A stretch of 64,000 nt of DNA, from NCBI RefSeq assembly GCF_009914755.1, contig NC_060925.1. One strand, given 5' to 3'. Each line of letters begins with the position of its first letter. Within the stretch, counting starts at the first letter, position 1. Of the stretch, positions 1 through 34,010 are shown piece by piece. The translations under genes were made by a program, and so were the position numbers. Under the pieces are notes generated by a model that saw only the letters and a list, made by a program, of their open reading frames with translations, made no database searches and was not told the origin of the DNA. Origin of the DNA: the human T2T-CHM13v2.0 reference genome, Homo sapiens.

Positions 1-278
1 ACAAGAAATCCGTAAGTCGTTTACAGCAATGCCTTTTACAAGTCACAAGATGGAGATGTAGCTTCATTAAAACTGTCTGCTGGATGGGAATCCATGGGTT
101 TGCAAGGCTGTATCTGTGGGCACATTTCTCTCCCCCCACTTCCTTCAACAGGCCACAGCAATACAATCAGTATGTAAAATCCAGCATATTTATTTCATCA
201 ACTCTCTGCTTCCCGCTTGTAATCAATGTCCTTTAAGGAGGTCAGGGGTCTTACAAGCCCTATAAAAACAAGTCACCA

Positions 279-420
279 AGCCAAGCATGGTAGAGCATGC
301 CTACAGTCCCAGCTACTTAAGAAGCTGGGGCAAGAGGACTGATGGAGCCCAGGAGTTCAAAACCAGCCTGAGCAACACGGCAAAACCCCCTTCTCTAAAA
401 TAATTATGATTAAAAAAAAG
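279..420 (+). mobile_element. Alu monomer (FLAM-like)
   Basis: Single-arm Alu with A-rich tail; TSD acaagtcacca on both sides. Confidence 0.8.
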
Positions 421-537
421 ACAAGTCACCAACCCTACTTTAGGTTATATGTCCACGGGTTTTAACATGCTGTCTTTAAATAGGGAGGTATCACAAGCTA
501 GCTTGCACCAAAAACAAGTTCAAATTAACTTTTTTTA

Positions 538-897
<360 letters not shown>

Positions 898-2443
898 CTA
901 AAACAACAACAATTATAGTTAGCTAACTGCACCAAATAACAGACAGGACACAATCAATCCAAGGCAAGCTCCTCATTGACTATCTCCCACAGAAGAGTCA
1001 GGAAAGGGGCACTGAGACTCCATCATTTCAGTAGGCGCAGGAATTTGTTCTCATCCAAGACCACCCTATCCCAACCCCTATTCTACTCACTCTGGGAGAG
1101 GGAGGCAGGCAAGGCAGAAAATATTTTGGCAAAGATAGGAATAGGATTCCCCTATATTCCCATAAAGCAAACATTTAGGGAATGTTTGGCCCCGCCCAGT
1201 GCTCAGGACATTCCATGCAATCATTATCTTACTTAATCCTATGGGGAAAGTATTCTCTCATTTAATCTACGGTTTAGGAGCTATCATCGCCCTACTTCAC
1301 AGATGAGGAAACTGAGGCACAGAAAGATCAAGTAAAGATGTTCACCACACTGAGCCAGCAGGTGGTGAAGCCAAGACTCCAACCCAGCCAGGAGGACCCC
1401 TACTCTTGCCTCATTCTCCGCAAAGCAGCGTAAAGTCACACTAGATTATGTTCTTTCTTTTTAGCATTTCTTAAGTTTTTTGACTGTGCTAATTTCACAC
1501 AAAAACAAAATATTTAAAGTGGCTAAAATTTAAGAGCTTTTTAAAGAAAGTAAGTCTGTAATAGTATGCTAGTTTTTCAGTACATATGAATAAAGATGCA
1601 GGTTTATCTACATATTCCCTTTAGGACCAGACTTGTTTCTTGTCAAAGCTAATCAACTTTTCTCACCCTGCGTCTTTTCAACCCTGTGTAGTGTCTGGCA
1701 CCATGGACACCTTCCCACCTCGCAAAGATGCTCCAGACACTCCAAGTTTCTGAGTTCCAACTTGCAGATAATGTAGAGAAACAGCAGGTACAAAGATCCT
1801 CCTGCTCTATCTACCTCCCCATACTGTGGCTGTCACTCAGAATTCTCATTGGAAATCCACCTTTCCTGTACACATCTAGTCTTCTTACACAAAGATTGGC
1901 TTTGTCTAAGACTTGCATCTCCAGTGCTGAACACAGTCCATAGTATAAGGTAATACTCCAGAAAAACTTGCTAACTTCCTAAATAAAATACTAGGTTCTG
2001 GGACACAGCAGTAAACAACACAGAGATTCCCGTTCTCATGGAGTGGACGTTCTGATCTTTTCACTCGTGCTTCAATCTCTTATTTTAACAATGAGCCAGC
2101 ATTTGCCGAACATTCAGGTCAAGTAAAGCTGAACATTCAAGACATGTAAAGAATAAACCTTAATAAGTCACAGTCCTTATTTCCAGGAAACTTACAAATT
2201 GGTACAGATACAAAACATACAAAATGACAAGATCAAGTAGGTTGTAATAATTACTCTTGCTTAGGTTTAGGCAAAGACCTATGGAATCACAAGAGGAGAC
2301 AGCCATGTGTTTCCTCTTTCTAACAGAAGACTCCGGAGGACATGCAGATGCCTTCCTGGCAACTGCTGGAGCCCCTGGGCTGGGCACACAGTAAGCTGGC
2401 AGTGGTAAATATTTGTTGAATGAAATCAATAAATAAATGCTGA

Positions 2444-7003
<4,560 letters not shown>

Positions 7004-9957
7004 TAGATGAGGATAATGTTCAATAAAGAGCTAAACTGGATATTTCAACTATATTCCTTACATAAAGTAGAATTGGTAAATTTATCAAAACACTGGCTAT
7101 CTTAAATCTCTAAAAATTGCCATTAGAAACATTCCCCTCTAATACAACATCAAGTTCTGAAGGATTGCCATAATTTCATACTGTGAAAAACATTACGTAG
7201 ATTTCAAATTCTAAACACCTGATCACGACCACACAGCTACGTCTATAGTCAGGAAATTTAACACAGGCTTCCCCATATTGCTAAGGTAAAATGTCCTTTA
7301 ATGTGAATAAGATTTTCTACCGTTTTCCTAAGAAGGCTGTGCAAAATACATTGCAATGAAGATGGGGAAAAAGAAACACCTCTCAAACATCTTACAGCTT
7401 CACTTTGTAGCCACAGAAAAGCAATTAAAGCAAAATAATTAAACCTTTCTGTCCATTTTGCAGCCAAGTCAGGCTGGTAAAATCTGGGATTAAATGCAAT
7501 TTTAATGTAGAGTATAGAGAACTGTACATTTTGGAGCTACTGTAAAAAGATCAGTACAAAAAGCAGGGACCAAGATAAAGCATCTTGACTCAGTGAGCTT
7601 ACAATCTTTGAAAGCTAGGGAGGGGAGAAGCACTTAGATCTTATGCTGCCCCCACGCAACCACTATAGCAGGATGTCATTCAGCAGAAAGCACTTTCAGA
7701 TTCATCACCACAGGTGTGTGGCAGTGGTGCTTTTTTTTTTTTTTCTAAATCCAATGATCAAGGAAACATTTACTTGTAAATCTTTCCGCCTCTTTTCCAC
7801 ATCACTAAACTGCATGACTGCACTTCTACCCAAATAAAACCTGTCTTCCCTAAACCACAGGTTAAGACCTAGGATTTATGATTAGGGAATCTGATAACAA
7901 AACACTGATTTCTTGAACAATCCACCAGCCTTTCAAGTCATTCCATCTCAGAACTATGCCTGTTTTGCTGTTTTCTAGCAATCGGCCTTTGGTCTCTGGG
8001 TGTGCTCCATGGAATCCTCTGAGATGTGATTTTTTCCTTCGTTTTTGGTTGTTCATTGTGAAAGAACAAATGTGAGTGAACTCTTTCCCTATGTGGTGTC
8101 TAGCCCTCTTCTGCCACACCTTCTGCAGCAGAAGTCCTTGGTGTCCTTGAACCCAGTAGGACATTCCAGCCTCAGAGGCAGGCTGCTCACACCATACTCT
8201 CTTTGCTTCCATTCATTCAACCAAGAGGTACCAAGCAACTCTGCCTGCTAGCAATGGGGAGGGATACAGTGGTGTGCAAAGACAGGCATGCATGAACTAT
8301 GCAAAGTGGACCTCATCGCGGATTTTGGTGCTAAAAACAATAGTAACTTCTGAATAATAAACACTTAATTTGGCTCCACTATAACAAAAGTAACCACTGT
8401 ACTGATTCATTCAGAGCCATACTGTGCCACAATAACTAGACATATTTAGCTAGTTGCCTAAAAAGCTCTCAGTAACTAACTCTGGGTGCTACAATAAATT
8501 AACAACTAGTCAATACCTTCTGCAGCCTACTGAAAATAGTACAGGATGTGAGGCAAGTGACAGATTCTTGCTAATAGCCCTGTCCCGAACCAGTTGAGTT
8601 GAGGTTTTCATCTGTTAAATGGGCCTAACACCACCAGCCCTCAGCTGGGTCACAGAAAAATGGAAAGTGCTAAATGAGACAAAATGTGTCAAGACACTCT
8701 GAAATGTAAAATAGCTGTAAGCTGTACAGTGGTATCATCATGGGGAGTAATATTTTAGATACATGGCTCTTACCTAACACTATTCAAACAAGAGGTTCAA
8801 TAGAGCCAACAATGCCGGTAGTCACTACACATCTGCAATTGTCTTACTACAGCCTCTGACCTCCTCCTGATTAGCAGAAAGAAAGGATCATGCTACAAGA
8901 AAAACATTTCTGCATAATTGCCCAAGTTAAATCTGCTACTCTCACTCTGCCTGACAAATCATTCCATGCTTACTTTCTATAATTTAATATATATAAGTGC
9001 TTTACTGGCAAGCTTCTCGAAAGAATAAATAATACTTAATGACTGCCTACAGTTTAATTAACTCATGATTGAACTTCTCATGGATTGCTATAAACATTAA
9101 ATTATATCCTTCCTCAAAGCTACCATGGATAAAAATCTTGTTTAAAGCTTTAATTCTCTTGCCTAAACAATTCTGAAATTCCAGCAAATCTGTATGTTGC
9201 ACAGAGAGGTGAGAGAATCCACCTTAACGCATGGTTATAAAGCATGTTATTTTATAGAGCAAGGATGAGGCCTTAATTTTTATAAGATTGAAAATGTGCA
9301 CATGTCCAAGCACCTCATTAATATTACAGCAGTCATTAAACATCCCTGGATCTCAGGCAGTCTTATTAGCATAAACTCTGCGTATTACCACAAGGTTTCA
9401 AGTTTCTATTCTGGCTTCTCATCTTAGCTACCATTTTCTGTCTGCGTGATGTTGCAAATAAATTTTCCTTTTGGCATGGCTCAGCTGTCAGGCACCTCTG
9501 TTCTATAATGAACCCATGAATTACATCTCCCTGCTCTGACATCTCTGGTCTCACACATCAAAATATTGTTCTTCAATTGTAATTTATAACTTAATTTAAA
9601 TGTCCCTTTTCCCGTGACCTTTTTAGATCAAATGGCATTGCATCTGGCAGTTTCTACTATGCCAAAGCATACTTTTCAAATATAGCCATTATAATAACTA
9701 TATAAAAAGCCTACTTAAGTTAGACTGCATTCAGGCTAATTAAATAATTCCAGTCCATGAAGAACAATATTAGATATCAAAGTCTTTTGCTATGCAAAAT
9801 ATCTGTTTATACATCACAAGAAACTGTCAAAATAACTGAGAAAGGAAAAAAGTATTTGGAATAAATCTTAAAATTCTTCATATAGTTTTAATTAATTATT
9901 TCAACTATTAAGATAAGTGAGAAAGACCTTGCCGAAATATGTTCAAAACAAAATTTA

Positions 9958-10585
<628 letters not shown>

Positions 10586-13500
10586 ATTTCTTATAACCAT
10601 AATTCACAAATGTCAATACATTTTCATTTATATCTCCATCATCGATAACCTAGTGCCAAGTCAATATATATGAAACACGTAAATGTTAAAAAACTAGAAT
10701 TGAAACTAAGAGCACAATATTTATTTTTATTTGGCCATTATCATTTCAAATAATGCTATTAGGTACCAGAGAGGCTAAAATTTGTCTGAATGGTCTTACG
10801 GGAGCAAAATTCAGGGATAATGGAAAAGACAAAGAATTTAACTGCAGAGGGTAGGGCTTGAGAGAAAGGTCTAGTTAATTTTCAGAAGGAAATATAGTTA
10901 TTGAACCAATCTTCCCTCCCTCTTTCCATCACTTTCTGAAACTACAATGTTCCAGGAATTATGCGCCAGCCCTGGAGTCACATGGAAGAAAGGAGGGGGT
11001 CGCAACATTTGCTGAGCAGTGCACAGTGTGCTAGGAACTGTGTTAGGTCTTTATGATTTCATCATTCCACACACCTCTCTTCCACAGCCAGAGTACTAAA
11101 AATGAGGAAATGAAATCCAGAGGTTCAGTATGTTTCTCTAGGCCACTTCCCTAGCAAGTAGCAGCATGAGGATTCTAACATAAACCCATGTTCTAGGAAG
11201 ATGTCCCTACCCTAGAATGTTGCTACTGGGGCAGTTTAGGACAGGCAATCTGGTGGGAGCAATGGGTACGGGGACTTTTTCCGCTGCAGTGACAAAGCAA
11301 GCACACTGTCTTTTCTTAACTTGGGGCTAGGGGATGAGGGTGGGTGGAGGAAAGGAGGGAGCCAGCAGCTCAGAAAAGAGGAAAGACACCCATGTAAACA
11401 AACTAACAAAAAAATCCCCATCCATGAAAACACTCACAGTGCTAAATGAAAGCTGATGGGGATGACATTTGCTCAGTCTGGAAAATCTAAAATGCATTCA
11501 CAGGGGAGGTTTTGAAAATCAACAACCAGTATAATATGATTAACTTGCCTATGCTTTATGAACAGCAACAACCACATAAAAAACACTATTCTAGGAGAAA
11601 TAAGCAGTGCTATTATTGCAGTAAAAACAGGCTACACGAGGCAGGGCGGACCTGCGTCCTTCGCTTCTTTCGCTGTCACAGAAGAGGCTGAGGTAGGTCA
11701 TTTTTGGAACTTTCCAGTATTCAACATTCCTTCACTTAACAAAGATTTTTTCAAAGGCAAAATATTATAGAATATTCTTCTAAAAAGGAATAAACAAATG
11801 GTAATAATGTTAATACATTAATTTAGAAAAATAAAAAAACAATAAAACCATTGAATTAAGCCACATTCCCCAGGCCAAACACTAAATGAATGGCTCCTGC
11901 ACAGGCTTCACTTACACTTTAGGGATTAAGGTTGTGCCTCTTAATTTTCAAGTCTCTGTGAAAGCTGAAGTTTATGCCACAGGTCTTTAAATGCAATTAT
12001 GGATAATTAATCATTTACATAGTTAACATGTCTACAGCCTGACTTCTTTTTTTATAAATGCGAGATCAGCCACAGAATAGTAGAAAGGGAGGGTGCGGAG
12101 GGTATAGGCTGCTTGCCGGGGCAGGAGGACTCCACAGACGCAGTCAATAATCTACTAAGAAGACTCAGCTTGAGGACCCACAATGAGTCTAACTCTGGCC
12201 ACAGGGAGAAAAGCTCCTGGCACATTCGTGAACCTAGACTGTTTATGCTGCTTTTCTCAATAATTATTTGTCAGCTGAGAAAGACCTATGTCTGGCCACA
12301 AGTGGAAATGGTTCAGGACCACAAATGGAAACTAAAATATGTTTTCACTTACTCCTGGCATCCTCATAGCCTTGAAAACAGAAAAAAATTTGTGACATGA
12401 AACTGGGCAGAAGGCTGGAGGATGACATAAAAACCACAGGTCTAAGCATCTCACGTAGGCACTAGTGAACCTACTCATACATGCTAAATTGACCTAGAAA
12501 GTGTATGTGAAAGGCTTTCACACAAAAACACAAAATCAAGACCAGTTACATCAGTATTAAGAAACATTTACAGTAACTGCTTTAAATCCTACTTAGTAGA
12601 ATTGAGGTACAGAAATAACTGCCCCCAATCCAAGGGCTCAGCAGTCTGAATCTCAGTGCTTTGTGATGAGTGATTCTAAGGTTATGCAAACAACAGTCCA
12701 CCTAATATTTTTGGCAATGATAATGAAGTTATGGAACAACGAAGACCGAAGAGGCATACACTGATGCATATAAAGCTCCAGAGTTGGGAAAATATACAAG
12801 CGACTGTACTTTCTAAAAACTTCAGCCAAGAACACAGCTTTAGTAACTAAGAAATAAGCAAAAAGCCTCTGGGCAACCAAAACAGTGTCCCCAAAAGCCA
12901 AAGGCCCTGGAGAGCCAGGAAGCTCCCACTCTGAGCTTTAGACACTTAGTTACCTCACAATTCTAGCTTTCCCAATCTAATAACAGGTCTCAAAAGAAAA
13001 AATCAGAAAGACTGTATGATTTCAAAAGAGAAGAGCAGCAGCAGACAGCCTGACTGTGGGAGACACAAAAATTTAGCAACTATTATGCAAACCAAAGAGC
13101 TCAAACTCTAACAGTTGCACATTCTTTTGTTAACGGACACCAGTAATGATCACTCAGAGGCATCGAGTAAAGGTGGACTTGACTTGAGAAGATATGAAAA
13201 TGTATTCCTCCTCATTTCTAAAATGGAAGAAAAAAAGTAAAGAAAGAAGAAAAGGAGGAGAAGAGCCAGTTTTCCTAAAAATGCTGGGATAACTAGTACT
13301 CCAAAGTGCTGCAGTGGCTGGAATACACAGCCCAACAAATACCAGGTGTGGGGAGAAGGCAGGCCACTCAACAAATAGGGGAGCAGGAAGGACAGGAGTG
13401 GGGCGCCCCAGTGTCATTACCTATGAACCCCAGAAAGTTGCTGGGTAAGGGGGAAACATCCAAGATTCTGGAGGACAGGGCTGGCCAGGACAACACAGGT

Positions 13501-13977
13501 TGTCAGAGTCCAGTGGGGCTGGGCTCTGGGCAGGGCTGTGGAACTGAAGCTAAAACAGACACCAGAGACTTGAAAAAGCTACAGCTTCAAGGATTGCCTG
13601 AGTTTATCCCAGGCCAGCTCAAAGACCAACCTTAAAACAACACAACTTGCCCACAAGGGTCACTAATGAGCAACACCTTCCCTACTCTATCAGGCCCAGG
13701 CTAGGACTGGTGCAGGCTGGACCCAGAGTTTTGAGGGGCTAGGGTAGTGGCTGAGGAAGAAACAACCTGGGAGGTCAGAACATATCAATTAATATGGTAG
13801 TTATACATGACAATTTTGTTATCTAAATAAATATCCTTATTCTTTGCATAAGGAAGCCAAATACTCCCTATTTTATAAATCAAATGTCCTCACATTACAG
13901 AAATATCATAGCCACTACTAGAAATATTTTTATACATTCTCAATATCAGAAACTCCACACTTTAAATAAGTCATAAC

Positions 13978-25860
<11,883 letters not shown>

Positions 25861-25942
25861 AAAAATTACACACTAGCAATCTCTTTTGTTAATAATGAAG
25901 AAAAAACAGAATAAAAATAAGTAATCTAAGAGCTTAGATTCA

Positions 25943-27990
<2,048 letters not shown>

Positions 27991-29169
27991 AAAGTTCCTA
28001 TCAAAGACTTTCTCTTTGTACACACACTTTTAAGGTATTCTGAATTCACAGACATTCATATCTAACCTACCACAGCCTCTACTGGGCAGTAGTATCATCA
28101 ACCTCTGAGTTTCAGCTTCCTCATCTGTAAAATAATCTTAAAGGCCCCTTCTGGCTTAATCATATGCTCAAAATAAAGATTTTGTATTTAAAACTAACCA
28201 ACAAAAAAATCCCCACTAACTATCCTATCGAATCAGTGACAATGTACACAAACACACAATATTTATGACAATGTGAAAAAACATTCTCTTATTTACAGAA
28301 TGGCATATCCCTAGCAAAACCACTCAAATGTTATATCATACTCAAGAAACCTAATTATACTAGGAATAAAAATCAGCCATATCACGCAGATATCTACGTT
28401 TCCTCAAAAGCAAGCTGCACAGTAGATTTCTAAATCAGGAATGGGGACTACTTTCTTCCCTCTGTTAGGAACTTTTGGGACTGTCAGTATTTAAGTCATC
28501 TAGCCGCCTCGGATTCTCCTATTTAGAAACTGGGACAGATGATCTTGAAAGTCTCTTCTAACTATAGTGACCTCTCAAGAAATTAAAAAAAAAGAAAAAA
28601 GAAAAAGAACAAAGGGGTGCTTAAATGACATTTGGTTAATCATCAGAAGAGGTGCTTAGCCTCATACTCAACAGCCTACATACACATACACAACGATGCA
28701 GACTATCAATATATCAGAAATTGATTCCATAAATATCATTAGCTCTTCAGATTTAATGGTTTCACATTAGTAATGATAGAGAGGAATTATTTCATGTAAC
28801 TTTAAAATACATTAATATTCCTATACAGCCCCATGGGATATAGCCTAAGGCCAAAACAAATAAAAACAACAACAACAAACAAAGAACGAAAGACAACTGG
28901 TTTCAGTAATCATATTGTTTGCAGCAGTGTGTTGTTATCTGAGCTGCTGTGTGTTTATTATGGGATTAAAGTAGATGAGTAATTATGATGGTATGTCATG
29001 CAACCAACTCAGTAACATTAGCCTCATTTCCCTTTACTTTTAATTTTTTAGAAATTATTTGTGTAAAACTTTTTATAGTCATGTAAAATATTAACATGTT
29101 CCAAAGTATACTTTATAAAAAACAAGTTTATGCAAAAAAGTTTAGCTTCTTCCCATCCCTCCATGTGCT

Positions 29170-29702
29170 TTAAAATAAATACATGGTCTCAGAAACAGTG
29201 AAGTACAAAAACACGGCTTCTAGATTCCAATCTTGGGGGTATGACCTTAAATTGTGACTTAATCTCTCTCAACTTATTTCCTGATGTCTAAAAAGGTGAT
29301 AATAATAGAACCTAGAGGCCGGGCGTGGTGGCTCACGCCTGTAATCCCAACACTTTGGGAGGTCGAGGTGGGAGGATCACAAGGTCAGGAGATTGAGATC
29401 ATCCTGGCTAACATGGTGAAACCCCGTCTCTACTAAAAATACAAAAAATTAGCTGGGCGTGGTGGGTGTCTGTAGTCCCAGCTACTCCGGAGGCTGAGGT
29501 AGGAGAACGGTGTGAAGCCGGGAAGCGGAGCTTGCAGTGAGCTGAGATCGCGCCACTGCCAGAGCGAGACTCCATCTCAAAAAAATAAAAAATAAATAAA
29601 AATAAAAATAGAACCTAGAGGTGGTTGTGAGGATTAAGCAAGATCTTCTATGCACAGTACTTGGCTTTGTGAGGCCTCAGTTAAGTATCAGGTGCTATTA
29701 TT
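29170..29702 (+). mobile_element. MIR split by an AluY (29317-29606)
   Basis: MIR core tgaccttaa..gacttaatctctct..tttcctgatgtctaaaaaggtgataataatag, resuming ggttgtgaggattaa..gcacagtacttggc..gctattatt. The Alu has a 13-bp TSD aatagaacctaga (29304-29316, 29607-29619) and a deletion near its 3' end. Confidence 0.8.
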
Positions 29703-29785
29703 AGGATCTCATTTGAGAGTCACCTCAAACCTGCAGCACAGACACAGATTAGGAAATGAACCTGCAGGTGCCACATCACTGGCCT
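29672..29785 (-). ncRNA. SNORD128: Intronic box C/D snoRNA (probably SNORD128)
   Basis: Minus strand AGGCC-a-GTGATGT...AA-CTGA-GGCCT: 5-bp terminal stem, box C variant at 29773-29779, box D at 29677-29680, 114 nt, same strand as the host. Internal stems ACCTGCAG/CTGCAGGT and TTTGAG/CTCAAA. Name rests on recalling that SNORD128 is hosted in RERE. Confidence 0.75.
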
Positions 29786-29913
29786 GGAGCCCCCATGGCA
29801 CCCAACAGCCAAGACCACAACTCACTCCTGAGTCTACAGGCGACTTCATGCTCCGCACTCATCACACATTCCCTACAGCCAGTTCAGGGGAAAAAGAAGT
29901 GTCTTCCCACTCA

Positions 29914-30036
<123 letters not shown>

Positions 30037-30206
30037 TCAGAAGAAAAGGTTTTTCCTTTATTAGTACATAGTAATATCAGGACAGAGACTTAGACCTTCA
30101 ATTTTCAGAGGACATTTCCAGCCCAGAACAAATTCCATTACTACACGCATGATGAACCAGTTCCCAGCTCTGCCTCTGCTCCTATTTTTTTTTTTTTTTC
30201 TTTTGA

Positions 30207-30314
<108 letters not shown>

Positions 30315-31746
30315 TAGCTGAGATTACAGGAACACCCCATGCCCAGCTAATTTCTGTATTTTTAGTAGAGACAAGGTTTCACAGTGTTGGTCGGGCTGGT
30401 CTCGAACTCCTGACCTCAGGTGATCTGCTCACCTCAGCCTCCTAAAGTGCTGGGATTACAGGCGTGAGCCATCACGCCCAGACCAAAAATAAATTTAAGT
30501 TCCTCTTCACTCACGCAGAAAGACATATGTTACTTTTAGTCAGATCCATTTGTATTGTTTCTTCCCACGTTTTAGCAGTACTAAGATTTTAGATTTGAGA
30601 GCATGAAGAATCTAAATCTATGAGCCACAATATTTCAGTAGATGACAATCTTCTGAAAGAAAAGTCTCCAGAAAACATGTGAAATTAAGTCATCTAAAAT
30701 TTTACTTAATTCCTCTCATTCTGCATATCAACTACCTTTAGGTGAATTAAAAGTAAAAAATCATGGCTGGGTGTGATGGCTCATGCCCGTAATCCCAGCA
30801 CTCTGGGAGCCTGACGCCAGAGGACTGCTTGAGGCCAGAGAGTTCAAAATCAGCCCTGACAACATAGAGAGAGAAAAAAAATATATTAGCCAGGTATGGT
30901 GGTGCATGCCTGTAGTCCTAGCTACTGGGGAGGACGAGGTGGGAGGATGACTTGAGCCCAGGAGGTTAAGGCTGTAATGAGTCATGATTATGCCACTGCA
31001 CTCCAGTGTGAGACCCTGTCTTAAAAAAAAAAAAAAAAAAAGGTGAGAAACCAGAGATAAAACCTCTTAGTCATTCACTCCACTTACACATTCTCATCTC
31101 TACTGAATGCCACCATGCACAACACCGTTGACTAGAAAACAGCCAGGTAACTGGGGCAACACAGAAAGGACCCCATCTCAACCAAAAACAAAATTAAAAA
31201 TAGCCGGGCATGGTGCCACGGGTCTATAACCCTAGCTACTCAGGAGGCTGAGGCAGGAGGATCGCTTGAGCTCAGGAAGTTAAGGCTGTAGTGAGCTATA
31301 ATTGTGCCACTGTACTCCAGCCTGGGTGACACAGCAAGACCCTGTTTCAAAAAAACGAAACAAGTAACAACCAAAAAAAAAAGAAAAAAAGAAAAAAAAG
31401 AAACCCACAAACCCATCCAGGGTTAAAATTCAGATGCCCTAATCCTTGCTTTCATGTTTTTGTTGTCGTTGCCAAGACCCAGAATCACTACATACAAAGT
31501 CTGCCTGCCTGCTCTGTGACACCTGCTCTGTGACGACCGCTCTGTGGTGCCCGCTCTGTGCCGTGTGAGGAGCGAATTCACACTTCTCTCTGCATCGAAG
31601 GCATTTGTATGTTCTATGCAACTGCCACGAGGGTGATCACAGATAAATATTCTCATGTAGGCAAGCCACAAAAATGTCAAGTTCAGGACAGGCACTAATG
31701 AACAGCCACAAAGTAGAGACAGAACATGAAATCTGTAGAGGGTTTT

Positions 31747-31926
31747 GTTTTTGTTTTAAATTTTACTTTAAGGTCCAGGATACAAGTGCAGAACGTGTCG
31801 GTTTGTTACATTAGGTATATGTGTGCCGTGGTGCTCTGCTGCACCTATCAACCCGTCATCTAGGTTTTAAGCCCCGAATGCATTAGCTATTTGTCCTAAT
31901 GCTCTCCCTCCCCTCACCCCCACCCC
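31747..31926 (-). mobile_element. 5'-truncated L1PA 3' end (~180 bp)
   Basis: ggatacaagtgcagaacgtg..ggtttgttaca...gcattagctatttgtcctaatgctctccctcccc is the reverse complement of an L1PA 3' UTR. TSD tctgtag(a/tg)gggtttt at 31732-31746 and 31927-31942. Confidence 0.85.
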
Positions 31927-32275
31927 TCTGTAGTGGGGTTTTCAGATGAGCTGAATGACTGAAGTACTCAACTGGATTGAGAGGTTTTGGTAACTGTATG
32001 TATGGCCTAAGCTGTTTTCCTCTTGAAAAGTTCCAAAATTTGATGTGGGGCAAACACCAAGAAGAAAAACATTACTTCATCATGAAAAAAATTACTTCAA
32101 ACTATTTTTCTCTGGTAAGAAGAGCCAGGGTGCCGATTACAGAGGGTGTAACCAAACTTAAAGTCAGAGAACGCCCAATATAGAAATAAAATCTCAGGGG
32201 AAATGCAAAGTTTACTGCCTATAATCAGTTCAGATGGTCTAATTCAGAAAGCAGGATGGGGGTAGATTCCTATTA

Positions 32276-32455
<180 letters not shown>

Positions 32456-33120
32456 CTATCTCAATAAGCAGTCTTTAGGAACATATACAATGTTTTACTG
32501 AGCCTCTTTCCTTGGACAGCAGAAAAATAACAACAAAACCATGAGTCATTTAAACTGACCTATTTCACATGTCAGGATCATTTCACCATAGAAGATTTCA
32601 CAATAGACTGCTTAATATCTGCTTAACAGTGTCAAAGTAAACCAGTGCCAGCATGATACCAAGAGTAAAACTGAAGCACACACATATGCATAAAATAAAC
32701 AAAAAAACAAAATAATGTCTTTAGATGATAACAGCTATTGATAAAGAAGGAAACACACATACATTTCCAATATAACAAGTTGACAAAGAAGACATATGCA
32801 AATGATACCTCACCTAAGGATATTTGCTAAAAAATTAAGTGAGCTATCCTATTAGAATAGTGTTACTCTTAAGACAGTCAATAGCAATATAAGTCATGGT
32901 CAATACCAAAACTAGATGAGTATTAAGTAAACATTAAAAAATATAGTTGAGGCCAGGCCTGGTGGCTCACGCCTGTAATCCCAGCACTTTGGGAGGCCGA
33001 GGTGGGTGGATCACAAGGTCAGGAGTTCAAGACCAGCCTGGCCAAGATGCTGAAACCTTGTCTCTACCAAAAATACAAAAAGTAGCCGAGCACGGTGGCG
33101 GGCGCCTATAATTCCAGCTA

Positions 33121-33246
<126 letters not shown>

Positions 33247-33266
33247 TTAAACTAAATTAAATTTTA

Positions 33267-34010
<744 letters not shown>

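Noticed and set aside
8765-8810. TAG|GTAAGA on the minus strand resembling a recursive splice site
   Set aside because: Weak polypyrimidine tract, an intron of only 29 kb, and such motifs are expected by chance.
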